Below are positions 9,854-19,263 of a stretch of 64,000 nucleotides of DNA, piece after piece (within the stretch, counting starts at the first letter, position 1; each line of letters opens with the position of its first letter). Origin of the DNA: Eggerthellaceae bacterium. GTDB taxonomy: Bacteria; Actinomycetota; Coriobacteriia; Coriobacteriales; Eggerthellaceae. The position numbers and the translations under genes were made by a program. The notes below the pieces were generated by a model. The model saw only the letters and a list, made by a program, of their open reading frames with translations, did not search any database and was not told the origin of the DNA. The stretch spans positions 1,813-65,812 of the forward strand of contig JAFRGA010000081.1 in assembly GCA_017434045.1 (NCBI GenBank), read 5' to 3'.

Positions 9854-11290
9854 CTATCCGATCGCCCCTTCCATCTCGAGTTTGATCAGGTTGTTCATCT
9901 CGACGGCATACTCCAGGGGCAGCTCCTTCGAGATGGGCTCGGCGAAGCCGTTGACGATCATCGTGCGCGCCTCCTCCTCGGAGACGCCGCGGGTCATGAG
10001 GTAGAAGATCTTGTCGTCGCCGATGCGCCCGATGGTGGCCTCATGGCCGATATCCACGTTCTTGCAGCGGATATCCATCGCGGGAATGGTGTCGGAACGG
10101 CTGCGGTCATCCAGCATGAGCGACTGGCACGACACCGAGCAGCGGGACCCCTCCGCCTTCGGCGTGGCGATGACCGAGCTGCGGAACGTCTGGATGCCGC
10201 CATCCTTCGAGATGCCCTTCGTCTCGACGCTTGCCGACGTCTCGGGTGCGGCGAGTACCACCTTGCAGCCGGTGTCGAGGTTCTGCCCACGGCCGGCGAA
10301 CGTGATGCCCGTGAAACTGGCCCGCGCCTTGCGTCCCGCCAGGATAGACATGGGGTACAGGTAGCCCACATGCGACCCGAACGAGCCCGAGATCCATTCG
10401 ATCTCGCCCTCCTCGTCGCAACGGCAGCGCTTCGTGTTCAGGTTGTACATGTTCTTCGACCAGTTCTCGATGGTCGAGTAGCGCAGGTGCGCGCGTTTGC
10501 CCACGAACAGCTCGACGGCGCCTGCATGCAAATTCGCAACGTTGTATTTCGGTGCGCTGCAGCCTTCGATGAAGTGCAGGCTGGCATCGTCCTCCACGAT
10601 GATGAGCGTGTGCTCGAACTGGCCTGCCCCCTTCGCATTCAGGCGGAAGTAGCTTTGCAGCGGGAAGTCGAGCTTCACGCCCTTGGGCACGTAAACGAAC
10701 GAACCGCCCGACCATATCGCGCCGTGAAGGGCGGCGAACTTGTGGTCGGTCGGCGGGATGAGCGTCATGAACTTGCTTTCGATGAGCTCCGCGTACTCAC
10801 CCTGGAGGGCCTCCTCGATGCCGGAGTAGACGATGCCCATCTCCGATGCCGTTTCCTGCATCGAGTGGTACACGAGCTCGGAGTCGTATTGGGCGCCGAC
10901 TCCCGCCAAGTAGGCGCGCTCGGCCTGCGGGATGCCCAATCGGTCGAAGGTGTCCTTGATGTTCTCGGGGACGCTCTCCCAATCGGATTGCTGCTCGGTT
11001 GGAGGCTTCACGTACGTCACGATGTTGTCCATATCGAGACCGGCGATGGACGGGCCCCAGTCGGACATCGTCATATCGTTGTAAACCTCGAGGGAATGCA
11101 GGCGATGCTCGAGCATCCACGCCGGTTCGTTCTTGCGTTCGGAGATCTCGCGCACGATATCGGGCGTGAGGCCCGCGTCGAGCTTCTCGGCGTCAGCGTC
11201 ATCGTAGCGGAAGTCGTACTTGACGCGATCGACGTCTGCAACCTGCGTGCGCCTTTTGCCCGATGCGGTGATGGTGACTTCGTTTCCCAT
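9854..11290 (-). CDS. sufB: Fe-S cluster assembly protein SufB
   Basis: It has highly conserved SufB sequence (EPAWMLEHRL, HFIEGCSAP, HEATIGRIGDDKIFYLMTRG). The start is taken at ATG 11290, just downstream of the sufC stop. Confidence 0.92.
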   Translation of the reverse strand: MGNEVTITASGKRRTQVADVDRVKYDFRYDDADAEKLDAGLTPDIVREISERKNEPAWMLEHRLHSLEVYNDMTMSDWGPSIAGLDMDNIVTYVKPPTEQQSDWESVPENIKDTFDRLGIPQAERAYLAGVGAQYDSELVYHSMQETASEMGIVYSGIEEALQGEYAELIESKFMTLIPPTDHKFAALHGAIWSGGSFVYVPKGVKLDFPLQSYFRLNAKGAGQFEHTLIIVEDDASLHFIEGCSAPKYNVANLHAGAVELFVGKRAHLRYSTIENWSKNMYNLNTKRCRCDEEGEIEWISGSFGSHVGYLYPMSILAGRKARASFTGITFAGRGQNLDTGCKVVLAAPETSASVETKGISKDGGIQTFRSSVIATPKAEGSRCSVSCQSLMLDDRSRSDTIPAMDIRCKNVDIGHEATIGRIGDDKIFYLMTRGVSEEEARTMIVNGFAEPISKELPLEYAVEMNNLIKLEMEGAIG

Positions 11291-11297
11291 GGCGCAC

Positions 11298-12056
11298 CTA
11301 CCGGGCATCGGCTACGAGCGACTCGTAGCGTTCGAACCCTTGCGCATCGATCTCGTCGATGAGCGAAGCCGGCCCTTCCGCCACCATATGCCCGTCTACC
11401 ATGACATGCGTGCGGTCCACGTGCAGCTGCTCGAGGATGCGCGTGTTGTGCGTGATGATGAGCAGCGTGCCGTCGCATTCCTTGCGATAGAGCTCCATGC
11501 CGCGCGACACGATCGAGAGCGCGTCGACATCGAGCCCCGAATCGGTTTCGTCCAAAATGGCAAGCTTGGGCTGCAGCAAGAGCAGCTGGAGCATCTCGAC
11601 CTTCTTCTTCTCGCCGCCGGAGAAGCCGACCCCGAGCTCACGGTCGAGATAGACCGTATCCATATCGAGCGCCTCGGCCAGCTCCTTCGTGCGGCGCTTG
11701 AATTCCTTGTTCTTCATCGCGATGTCGTGGGCGTCGACCATAGTGCGCAAGAAGCTGCGCAGGGGCACGCCGGGGATTTCGACCGGCGCCTGGAAGCTGA
11801 GGAACAAGCCTGTGCGGCTGCGCTTATCGGGCGAGAGCCCGGTGATGTCGTCGCCGTCGAAAAGAACGGTGCCGCTGGTCAGCTCGTAGGTGGGATCGCC
11901 CATCAGCACATGCCCGAGCGTTGATTTGCCGGCGCCGTTCGGGCCCATCAGCACGTGGACCTCGCCGGCGGCGACGTCGAGGTCAACGTCGTGGAGGATG
12001 GGCTTCTCGTCCACGGAGGCGGAAACATTGCGACAGGATAGAAGGGTGTGGGCCAT
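11298..12056 (-). CDS. sufC: Fe-S cluster assembly ATPase SufC
   Basis: It has Walker A GPNGAGKST, the signature FSGGEKKK and Walker B LAILDETDSGLD. Confidence 0.92.
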   Translation of the reverse strand: MAHTLLSCRNVSASVDEKPILHDVDLDVAAGEVHVLMGPNGAGKSTLGHVLMGDPTYELTSGTVLFDGDDITGLSPDKRSRTGLFLSFQAPVEIPGVPLRSFLRTMVDAHDIAMKNKEFKRRTKELAEALDMDTVYLDRELGVGFSGGEKKKVEMLQLLLLQPKLAILDETDSGLDVDALSIVSRGMELYRKECDGTLLIITHNTRILEQLHVDRTHVMVDGHMVAEGPASLIDEIDAQGFERYESLVADAR

Positions 12057-12149
12057 TGCGCTAGCTCCTTTCAGATGCGAGCAGGGTAAGGGCGGTCAAG
12101 CCCGGCGTCTGCCAGGTTGATAGGTGATGTTGCGTGGGAATGCCGGTGA

Positions 12150-12569
12150 TTAGGAAACGAGGTCGATGGAGCCGTTCGCCAAATCGGCGATGGTGACCCC
12201 TTCGAAGAAGTTCCTTGTCATCGCGTCGAACTTCTGCCACATGGGAAGCGTTTTGCAGGTATCCTGCCGGTCGCAATCCACGGTTTCGCACGCGAGGCAA
12301 GCGACGGGGGCGAGCGTTCCTTCTGCAGCAGCGAGCACTTCGGCCACCGAACAAGCCTCGGGCGCGCGCGTCATAAGATAGCCGCCGCTCTTGCCGCTCG
12401 TTCCGACGAGCAGGTTCTGGTCGACCAGGAGTTTCGCAATGTGCTGCAGGTATTTCTCCGAGATGCCCTGCCGACGGGCGATGTCCTTCAACGGCACGGG
12501 CGATTCGTTGCCTTGTTCTGCCAGGTCTATGAGGACTCGTAACGCGTAACGACCCTTTGTTGAAATCAT
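12150..12569 (-). CDS. Rrf2-family transcriptional regulator with Cys ligands (IscR/SufR/CymR-like)
   Basis: It has the Rrf2 N-terminus MISTKGRYALRVLIDLA and a Cys cluster (ACLACETVDCDRQDTC). It is the first gene of the suf operon. Confidence 0.85.
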   Translation of the reverse strand: MISTKGRYALRVLIDLAEQGNESPVPLKDIARRQGISEKYLQHIAKLLVDQNLLVGTSGKSGGYLMTRAPEACSVAEVLAAAEGTLAPVACLACETVDCDRQDTCKTLPMWQKFDAMTRNFFEGVTIADLANGSIDLVS

Positions 12570-12677
12570 GGTGCTCCTCGAATCGTACCGTGTCCATTAT
12601 ATATCCGTTCCGTCGCCTATCCGTCTCATCGTTCCTCGGTGATCTCTTTTCCCGTTAGCTAGTTCGTAAATCACATA

Positions 12678-12706
12678 TTGACATACTATGTTAGTATGTT
12701 ATTGTA
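12678..12706 (+). promoter_or_regulatory. candidate sigma-70-type promoter (TTGACA ... TATTGT) overlapped by perfect inverted repeat ACATACTA-TGT-TAGTATGT (12681-12699), a candidate operator
   Basis: Hexamers and palindrome were read directly. The site lies in the divergent intergenic region between the Rrf2-suf operon and metY-cysK. Confidence 0.4.
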
Positions 12707-12871
12707 CACAAGCGCAGAACGTTGGCAAGGGGGAAGAAATGACGAGAGCACATCTGGAAAACGAATGCATGGTGTGGTGTCGAATGCCGATCTCCCGAGT
12801 GTGCGGGTGTCGATAGGGCGCAGGTAGCGCCTGCGCTGCCACGAGGCAGGCGTCGACAGCTGACACGTTCG

Positions 12872-12893
12872 GGAGCCATCGGGGCTCCTTTTT
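12872..12893 (+). terminator. intrinsic-terminator-like hairpin (GGAGCC-ATCGG-GGCTCC + TTTTT) inside the metY 5' leader
   Basis: A stem plus T5 run lies 64 nt upstream of the metY ATG. This implies attenuation or riboswitch-type control of a leader about 250 nt long. Confidence 0.45.
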
Positions 12894-12956
12894 CATGCTT
12901 TGGAGAAGGGGCGAAGCGCAACTATCCCGTCACGTTATTCATAAAGGAGACCAGCC

Positions 12957-14249
12957 ATGACGAACTACAGATTTGAAACTCTCCAGCTCCATGTCGGCCA
13001 GGAGCAGGCCGACCCCGTAACCGATTCGCGCGCGGTGCCGATTTACCAAACCACCTCGTACGTGTTCCACAATTCCGAACATGCTGCCGCGCGCTTCGGT
13101 CTCACCGACGCGGGCAATATCTACGGACGTCTGACGAAGTCCACGCAGGACGTGCTCGAGAAGCGCGTTGCGGCCCTCGAGGGCGGTGTGGCCGCGCTGG
13201 CAGTTTCTGCAGGCGCTGCGGCTATCACGTACACTGTTCAGGCGCTCGCGCAGGCCGGTGAACACATCGTGGCCCAGAAGACCATCTACGGCGGAAGCTT
13301 CAACCTGCTCGAGCACACGCTGCCGCTCTACGGCATCGACACCACGTTCGTCGACGCGCACGATCTTGGCGAGGTCGAGGCGGCCATTCAAGACAACACG
13401 AAGGCCATCTTCATCGAGACGCTGGGCAATCCCACATCCGACCTCCCCGACATCGACGCGTTGGCAAGCGTTGCCCATGCGCACGGCATCCCCCTGGTCA
13501 TCGATAACACGTTCGGAGCGGCGTATTGGGTGCGGCCGATCGACCACGGTGCCGACATCGTCGTTCATTCGGCGACCAAGTTCTTCGGAGGACACGGCAC
13601 AACGCTTGGCGGAATCATTGTGGACGCCGGAACGTTCGATTGGAAGGCGAGTGGCAAGTACGCGCCCATCGCCGAGCCGAATCCCAGCTACCATGGCGTG
13701 TCGTTCGTCGACGCAGCGGGCCCGGCGGCATTCGTGACCTACATCCGCGCCATCCTCCTGCGCGATACGGGCGCGTGTATCTCCCCGTTCAACGCGTTTC
13801 TGCTGCTGCAGGGTATCGAGACGCTGTCGCTGCGCCTCGACCGTCACGCGGAGAACACCTCAAACGTTGTGAAATACCTGGTGGAACACCCGCTCGTTGA
13901 GTCCGTGAGCCATCCTTCCCTCGTCTCCCATCCCGACCACGACCTCTACGAGCGGTACTTCCCGAATGGCGGGGCGTCCATCTTCACGTTCGACATCAAG
14001 GGCGGCCAAAGGGAAGCCTGGGCGTTCATCGACGCGCTGGAGATCTTCAGCCTGCTTGCGAACGTGGCTGATGTGAAGAGCCTGATCATCCATCCGGCCT
14101 CGACGACGCATTCGCAGCTGACCGAAGAGGAGCTGCTCGACCAGGGAATCCGCCCGAATACGATCCGCTTGTCCATCGGGTGCGAGCACATCGACGATAT
14201 CATCGCGGATTTGGAAAAAGGCTTCGACGCCGTAAGGGCATTGCAATAA
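12957..14249 (+). CDS. metY: O-acetylhomoserine sulfhydrylase / aminocarboxypropyltransferase (PLP-dependent)
   Basis: The N-terminus reads FETLQLHVGQE..DSRAVPIYQTTSY and the PLP-lysine motif is HSATKFFGGHG. AAAGGAGA RBS. Confidence 0.9.
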   Translation: MTNYRFETLQLHVGQEQADPVTDSRAVPIYQTTSYVFHNSEHAAARFGLTDAGNIYGRLTKSTQDVLEKRVAALEGGVAALAVSAGAAAITYTVQALAQAGEHIVAQKTIYGGSFNLLEHTLPLYGIDTTFVDAHDLGEVEAAIQDNTKAIFIETLGNPTSDLPDIDALASVAHAHGIPLVIDNTFGAAYWVRPIDHGADIVVHSATKFFGGHGTTLGGIIVDAGTFDWKASGKYAPIAEPNPSYHGVSFVDAAGPAAFVTYIRAILLRDTGACISPFNAFLLLQGIETLSLRLDRHAENTSNVVKYLVEHPLVESVSHPSLVSHPDHDLYERYFPNGGASIFTFDIKGGQREAWAFIDALEIFSLLANVADVKSLIIHPASTTHSQLTEEELLDQGIRPNTIRLSIGCEHIDDIIADLEKGFDAVRALQ

Positions 14250-14295
14250 GAAACACGCTTCGTTTTGTGAAGGCACGACATAAAGGAGAACCATC

Positions 14296-15258
14296 ATGAC
14301 TCAGCCGAAGATCCTTGATACGAACATCGCTCAAAATGTTGTCGAGCTTATCGGGAACACGCCGCTCCTGCAACTGAACCGCTACGGTGCAGCGCATGAT
14401 CTGAAAGGGACCGTGCTCGCGAAACTCGAGTACCGCACTCCTGCCGGCTCCGTGAAGGACCGCATCGGCTATTCGCTCATCGCGCAGGCCGAGGCCGACG
14501 GGCGCCTGTTGCCAGGCGGCACCATCATCGAGCCCACCAGCGGCAACACGGGCATCGCCCTTGCCGCGTACGGCGCAGCTCTCGGGTACAAGGTCATCAT
14601 CGTCTTGCCCGAGACGATGTCCGTCGAGCGACGCGCGCTCATCCGCCAATTCGGCGCCGAGCTCGTGTTGACGCCGGCGGAGCAGGGCATCAAGGGCTCC
14701 ATCGCGAAGGCCGAGGAAATCCATGCCGCAACGCCGAACTCCTTCATTCCGCAGCAGTTCGAGAACGCTGCGAACCCGGCGATTCACGAGAGGACGACCG
14801 CAGAGGAGATTTTGCGCGATACCGCAGGCCAGGTGGATATCGTGGTCGGCGGCGTGGGGACGGGCGGCACGATTACCGGCATCGGGCGCGCGCTGAAGCC
14901 ACGCAAGGAAGGCCTGAAGATAGTGGCCGTGCAACCCGCCGAATCGCCCATGCTGGACGGCGGGGCGGCCGGCAAGCATGGAATCCAGGGAATCATGCCC
15001 GGTTTCGTTGCGAAAAACTACGATGCCAGCGTCATCGACGAGGTGATATCCGTGCCGACCGCCGATGCTATCGCCGCCTCGCAGGAGCTCGCGCGCACCG
15101 AGGGCGTGAACACGGGCATCTCCTCGGGCGCCGCGCTTGCGGCCGGGGCCATCTTGGCTGCGCGCCCCGAGAACGCGGGCAAGAACATCGTGGTCATCTT
15201 GCCCGATACGGGCGAGCGCTATCTTTCGACCGCGCTGTTCCCGAAGGTCGACGAGTAA
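14296..15258 (+). CDS. cysK: cysteine synthase A (O-acetylserine sulfhydrylase)
   Basis: It has the motifs GSVKDRIG, EPTSGNTGIALA and GVGTGGTITG. Confidence 0.92.
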   Translation: MTQPKILDTNIAQNVVELIGNTPLLQLNRYGAAHDLKGTVLAKLEYRTPAGSVKDRIGYSLIAQAEADGRLLPGGTIIEPTSGNTGIALAAYGAALGYKVIIVLPETMSVERRALIRQFGAELVLTPAEQGIKGSIAKAEEIHAATPNSFIPQQFENAANPAIHERTTAEEILRDTAGQVDIVVGGVGTGGTITGIGRALKPRKEGLKIVAVQPAESPMLDGGAAGKHGIQGIMPGFVAKNYDASVIDEVISVPTADAIAASQELARTEGVNTGISSGAALAAGAILAARPENAGKNIVVILPDTGERYLSTALFPKVDE

Positions 15259-15426
15259 GTCCTCCCACTTGCGGGTGGAACCCGGCGTGCATTATACTTG
15301 CCTGAGCCGAGTTCCACCCGCGGCTCTTCCGAGCTATCCGTAGTGCAGCGGAACGCGGGTCAAACGTCCTTGCACCGGGCGCACGGGGTGGCTGCCGTCG
15401 CGTCGCCTACGAGAAAGGTGCGAAGG

Positions 15427-16050
15427 ATGAACGCCGATTTTTCCCCAAGCACGAACAATTGCGAGAAAGTCAAATCCAACGAGACGGCTCGAGCGTTGGC
15501 CGAGGACTTGGGAATCGACAACCCGCTTATGGTTTCCGACCAAGGGCCAGCGCCTGTCGAAGGGGATACCGGGATCGTGGTGTCCGTGAACACGTCGCCG
15601 AAGAAGGGAATGCGCAAAGCTCCGGTGGAATCGGGCGTCATCGGGCTTGCGGCAGATTTCGGCGTCGAGGGGGATGCGCATGCGGGAGACTGGCATCGAC
15701 AGGTCTCGTTCTTGGCCGAAGAATCCATCCAGGTTGCAATCGATAACGGCCTTGACGTGGGTTACGGCGATTTCGCCGAGAACATCACGACGAAGGGCAT
15801 CAACATTAAGGAAATGCTGCTCGGAACCATCGTGAAGGTGGGCACGGCCACAGTGGAGATCTCTCAAATTGGCAAGATTTGCCATAATCGCTGCGCGATC
15901 TACTACCTCGCGGGGGACTGCATTTTCCCGCGCGAAGGGGTTTTCGGCTGGGTCGTCGAGCCAGGCGAGGTTCGTGTGGGGGACGAGGTGTGCGTGCTCA
16001 AGCTCGGAGAGGGGGAAGTGCATCGCGCCGTTTCCGACAAACCGCTGTAG
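15427..16050 (+). CDS. MOSC domain-containing protein
   Basis: It has MOSC-like segments (GVEGDAHAGDWHRQVSFLAEESI, GDFAENITTKGI, CHNRCAIY). The start is set at ATG 15427 (MNADF). The upstream extension in the ORF track was not used. Confidence 0.75.
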   Translation: MNADFSPSTNNCEKVKSNETARALAEDLGIDNPLMVSDQGPAPVEGDTGIVVSVNTSPKKGMRKAPVESGVIGLAADFGVEGDAHAGDWHRQVSFLAEESIQVAIDNGLDVGYGDFAENITTKGINIKEMLLGTIVKVGTATVEISQIGKICHNRCAIYYLAGDCIFPREGVFGWVVEPGEVRVGDEVCVLKLGEGEVHRAVSDKPL

Positions 16051-16323
16051 CGTGGGGCCTTCCCCGGGCTCTTTCTGACATATACCAACCCATCGTCCAG
16101 AACCCATCGCGACAGACGCCCCCGTTGATGCGCTCTTTGCATCAAGCCGATTCATTGTAAGGCTGATTTCGCAATCAGTTTTAATCACGACCATGCCGTT
16201 TATGGAAAAACTTTCACAACTTCGATAATGTCCCTTGACTTAAACCATGGTTTAAGTTGCAAGCTGCTCCTAGCCAAGTGCCGAGTAAACAGGTGCTAAG
16301 ATTTCCGAAGAAGGGTGAGGAGC

Positions 16324-17061
16324 ATGGACAACAACATTTCGAGACGCAGGTTCCTGCAGGTGGCTGGCATCTCGGCGCTGGGAGCGGCCGCGGGGCTTGC
16401 CGGGTGCGGGCAAAGCAGGAGCGAGAGTGCCGCTTCGAGCGCATCTGCTTCGGCCAGCTCGATTGCTTCCGCAAGCGCGGCATCAGCTGGGTCAGCTTCG
16501 GCGGACTCGTCGGCAAGTGCAGCATCGTCCCAGGCAGAAGCAAGCAAGAGCGATTCGCTCGTCCTCGTGTTCTCGCGCGCCGATGAGAACTACGTCGTGG
16601 GCACGGTCGAGGTGGGCAACACCATGGTGCTCGCGCAGATGATTGCGGAGAAGACGGGCGCCGACCTGTTCGAAATCGAGCGGGTTGCGGCGTATCCCAC
16701 GGGTTACGACGACTGCTGCGACGAGGCCCTCGAGGAACAGCGTGCAGGCGCACGGTCCGAACTGAAGGCACTGCCCGACATAGCGGGCTACGACACGATC
16801 TACTTCGGTTTCCCGTGCTGGTGGGGCGATCTCCCCATGCCGGTGTACACGGCCATCGAGGCGCTCGATTGGACCGGCAAAACCATTTCGCCGTTCAACA
16901 CCCATGAGGGAAGCGGCGAGTCGGGTATGTTCTCCACGCTGGCAAGCGAGTGCGCTGGCGCAACCGTCACGGAAGGACTCACCATGACGGGCGGCACGGC
17001 GCAGAACGACCGCGGAGAAGCCGAGTCGAAGGTCGACGCCTGGCTGGCGAGCTTGCAATAA
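16324..17061 (+). CDS. flavodoxin-family protein with Tat signal and lipobox (predicted extracytoplasmic lipoprotein)
   Basis: It begins MDNNISRRRFLQVAGISALGAAAGLAGCG, followed by a Ser/Ala-rich linker and a flavodoxin-like domain (LVLVFSRADENY...IYFGFPCWWGDLPMP...FNTHEGSG). GGTGAGGAG RBS before the ATG at 16324. Confidence 0.75.
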   Translation: MDNNISRRRFLQVAGISALGAAAGLAGCGQSRSESAASSASASASSIASASAASAGSASADSSASAASSQAEASKSDSLVLVFSRADENYVVGTVEVGNTMVLAQMIAEKTGADLFEIERVAAYPTGYDDCCDEALEEQRAGARSELKALPDIAGYDTIYFGFPCWWGDLPMPVYTAIEALDWTGKTISPFNTHEGSGESGMFSTLASECAGATVTEGLTMTGGTAQNDRGEAESKVDAWLASLQ

Positions 17062-17121
17062 AGAAAGCGAAGTCTGCGAAACGACGAGAAAGAGGAGTGA
17101 GGCGGTTCCGGATTTCGGAGC

Positions 17122-17667
17122 TTACCTGGCTCGCTCGGCCTTGCGCGCGCCCATCGCCAACGAGGTGTACGAATCGGCGAGCGCACGGGGATCCTCCGCG
17201 AAATCGGTCTCGATCCAGCGAATGACCGTTTCCACCAGCGCGCCCGTGAGGAATCGCGCCTCATAGTCGTCACGCGTGACCTGACGCAGCCTGGCGAACG
17301 CAGCTTCGCGCAGGGCGTCGACGAACTCGGAAGAGCAGCCGCCCATGAGCAGGGCCCTCACGGCATGCCCGTGCTCGGCGACGTGGCGCAGGGCGTGCTC
17401 GATCTGAGCCTCCATGCCCCCGCGTCCGGTGAAGTCGTGGCCGGGCTCTGCGCCCGCCGGGGCGGAGACGTGTTCGATGACGCCCGTGACGAACGCCTCC
17501 ATCACGCCCTCCTTGCCCTGGAAGTGCGCATAGAAGGTGGCGCGACCCACGTTGGCGGTGTCGAGTATGTCCTGCACCGTCATGCGGGCGTAGCCCTTCT
17601 CGTCGAGCAGCCTTTCGAAAGCGCCTATGACCGCCGCCTCGGTGCGGGCGATTCTCCTGTCCGCCAT
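17122..17667 (-). CDS. TetR/AcrR-family transcriptional regulator
   Basis: It has the HTH segment GYARMTVQDILDTANVGRATFYAHF. The start at ATG 17667 (MADRRIART) follows GGGAGG. Confidence 0.85.
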   Translation of the reverse strand: MADRRIARTEAAVIGAFERLLDEKGYARMTVQDILDTANVGRATFYAHFQGKEGVMEAFVTGVIEHVSAPAGAEPGHDFTGRGGMEAQIEHALRHVAEHGHAVRALLMGGCSSEFVDALREAAFARLRQVTRDDYEARFLTGALVETVIRWIETDFAEDPRALADSYTSLAMGARKAERAR

Positions 17668-17960
17668 GCGTGCCTCCCGAACTGTCCCCATTACAGTCTG
17701 AGTCGTAGCTAATCCGAACATTACGACCCTCGTCGTCGACGGATTACGATTGAGCTATGTCCGAATGGACTGCCGATCGGACGCCCGCGGACGGCCTTGT
17801 TCCCCTGCCCCACGAGGGCCCGGGGGGTGTTGCCGACGCGGGCGTCGCTGGCTCAGACGACTGATAGGAACCTGCCGGGCCCCCTTCGAAAGCGCCACGG
17901 CCAAGTAATGTGGGTGTCGCGCGAACCAGCAGCCGATCGACCGAACGATTGGAGGATACC

Positions 17961-19124
17961 ATGGTGAAGCCCGCAATTGTCCGCAAAGCCGTGCTGGGGC
18001 TCGACGTCGGGAAGAGCTCGCATTGGGCCTGCCTCGTCACGAGAGAGGGCGAGATCGCCGCGAATCGGCCCGTCGCGAACTCCGAGAAAGAGCTCGATGA
18101 TCTGTTCGCCCAGGTCGGAGGGGGGACGCTCGTGGTGGTCGACCAGGTGCGCAACATCGGGGCGCTGGCAATCAGGAGGGCCAGGATGGCCGGGCTCGAG
18201 GTCGCGTACCTTCCGGGCCTCGCCGCGCACGGCGCCGCGAGGCTCTTCGCCGGGGACGCGAAGACCGACGAGCGCGACGCACTAGTCATCGCGAAGACGG
18301 CGCTGGGCATCCCCGACGCCCTGCTGCCCGTTCCGCGCGAGGATGCGGAGCTCGAGGCGGCGCGCTCTATGGCTGCCCAGCGCAACCACATGGTGACCTG
18401 TGCGACCAGGGACAAGAACAGGCTGCGGAGCATCCTGCTCGAATCGTGCCCGCCCTTCGAGGCGCTCGCCGACCTCTCGGACCCGCATTGGATCAACATG
18501 CTCGAGAAGCTCGGCGGCCCGTGGGGGATCGCCGACGCGGGGAAGGCCGCCATGGGCGCCGCGACCAGGGGCGCGAACAGGGGGAAGATGAACGACGCAT
18601 GGAAGGCGATAGCGGGCTCGACCAGGCCGCCCGAATGCATGGTCGAAGCGGAGAACCCCCAGGTCATGATGCTGGCCAGGCGCATAAGGGAGGCAGCGGC
18701 GGAAGCCGAGGCCCTCGACGCGCGCATAGCCGAGCTGCTCGCGGGCGACGTCACGTACGAGTGCCTGCTCACCATCCCGGGCATCGGCCCGCGAACCGCA
18801 TCCGAGCTCGTGATCAGCATAGACATCGGCGACTTCCCCGACCATCACCACCTGGCATCATATTGCGGCATCGCCCCGAGGAACCGCCGGTCGGGCACCT
18901 CGATATCGTCGGTAAGCGCATCCAGGCAGGGCAACAAGAGGCTCAAAAACCTGCTCATCTTCTCGTGCAATTCCCTCGCGAGGAGCAAAAACCGTTTTGG
19001 TGACTACTATCGCCGCTGCCGCGATCGCGGCATGTGCCATGGCGAGGCCCTGAAGGCCGTTGCACGTAAAAGGATCAAGGTGATTTACGCGATTATGCGG
19101 GACAAGGTGCCGTACGCGGCATAG
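17961..19124 (+). CDS. IS110-family transposase (DEDD RuvC-like N-domain plus C-terminal HhH/Ser domain)
   Basis: It has the motifs LGLDVGKSSHWACL, KTDERDA, LLTIPGIGPRTASELV, LASYCGIAPRNRRSGTS and KNLLIFS. The ATG at 17961 follows GGAGGA. Confidence 0.9.
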   Translation: MVKPAIVRKAVLGLDVGKSSHWACLVTREGEIAANRPVANSEKELDDLFAQVGGGTLVVVDQVRNIGALAIRRARMAGLEVAYLPGLAAHGAARLFAGDAKTDERDALVIAKTALGIPDALLPVPREDAELEAARSMAAQRNHMVTCATRDKNRLRSILLESCPPFEALADLSDPHWINMLEKLGGPWGIADAGKAAMGAATRGANRGKMNDAWKAIAGSTRPPECMVEAENPQVMMLARRIREAAAEAEALDARIAELLAGDVTYECLLTIPGIGPRTASELVISIDIGDFPDHHHLASYCGIAPRNRRSGTSISSVSASRQGNKRLKNLLIFSCNSLARSKNRFGDYYRRCRDRGMCHGEALKAVARKRIKVIYAIMRDKVPYAA

Positions 19125-19230
19125 CGGACTGTCCGCAGAGAAAAGTGCAGACCCCTTGCGGGGCCCGCGTCAGCGTTGCCGTTCGAAGGGAAATCAACCG
19201 AGAAAACCGGTTGACAAATCCATAGGAACA

Positions 19231-19263
19231 CCCCCCTTCGTTCGGAAGCGAACGGAAGGGGGG
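19231..19263. other. strong hairpin CCCCCCTTCGTTCG-GAAG-CGAACGGAAGGGGGG near the IS right end
   Basis: A 14-15 bp near-perfect stem read directly. It could be a terminator or an IS end structure. Confidence 0.5.
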
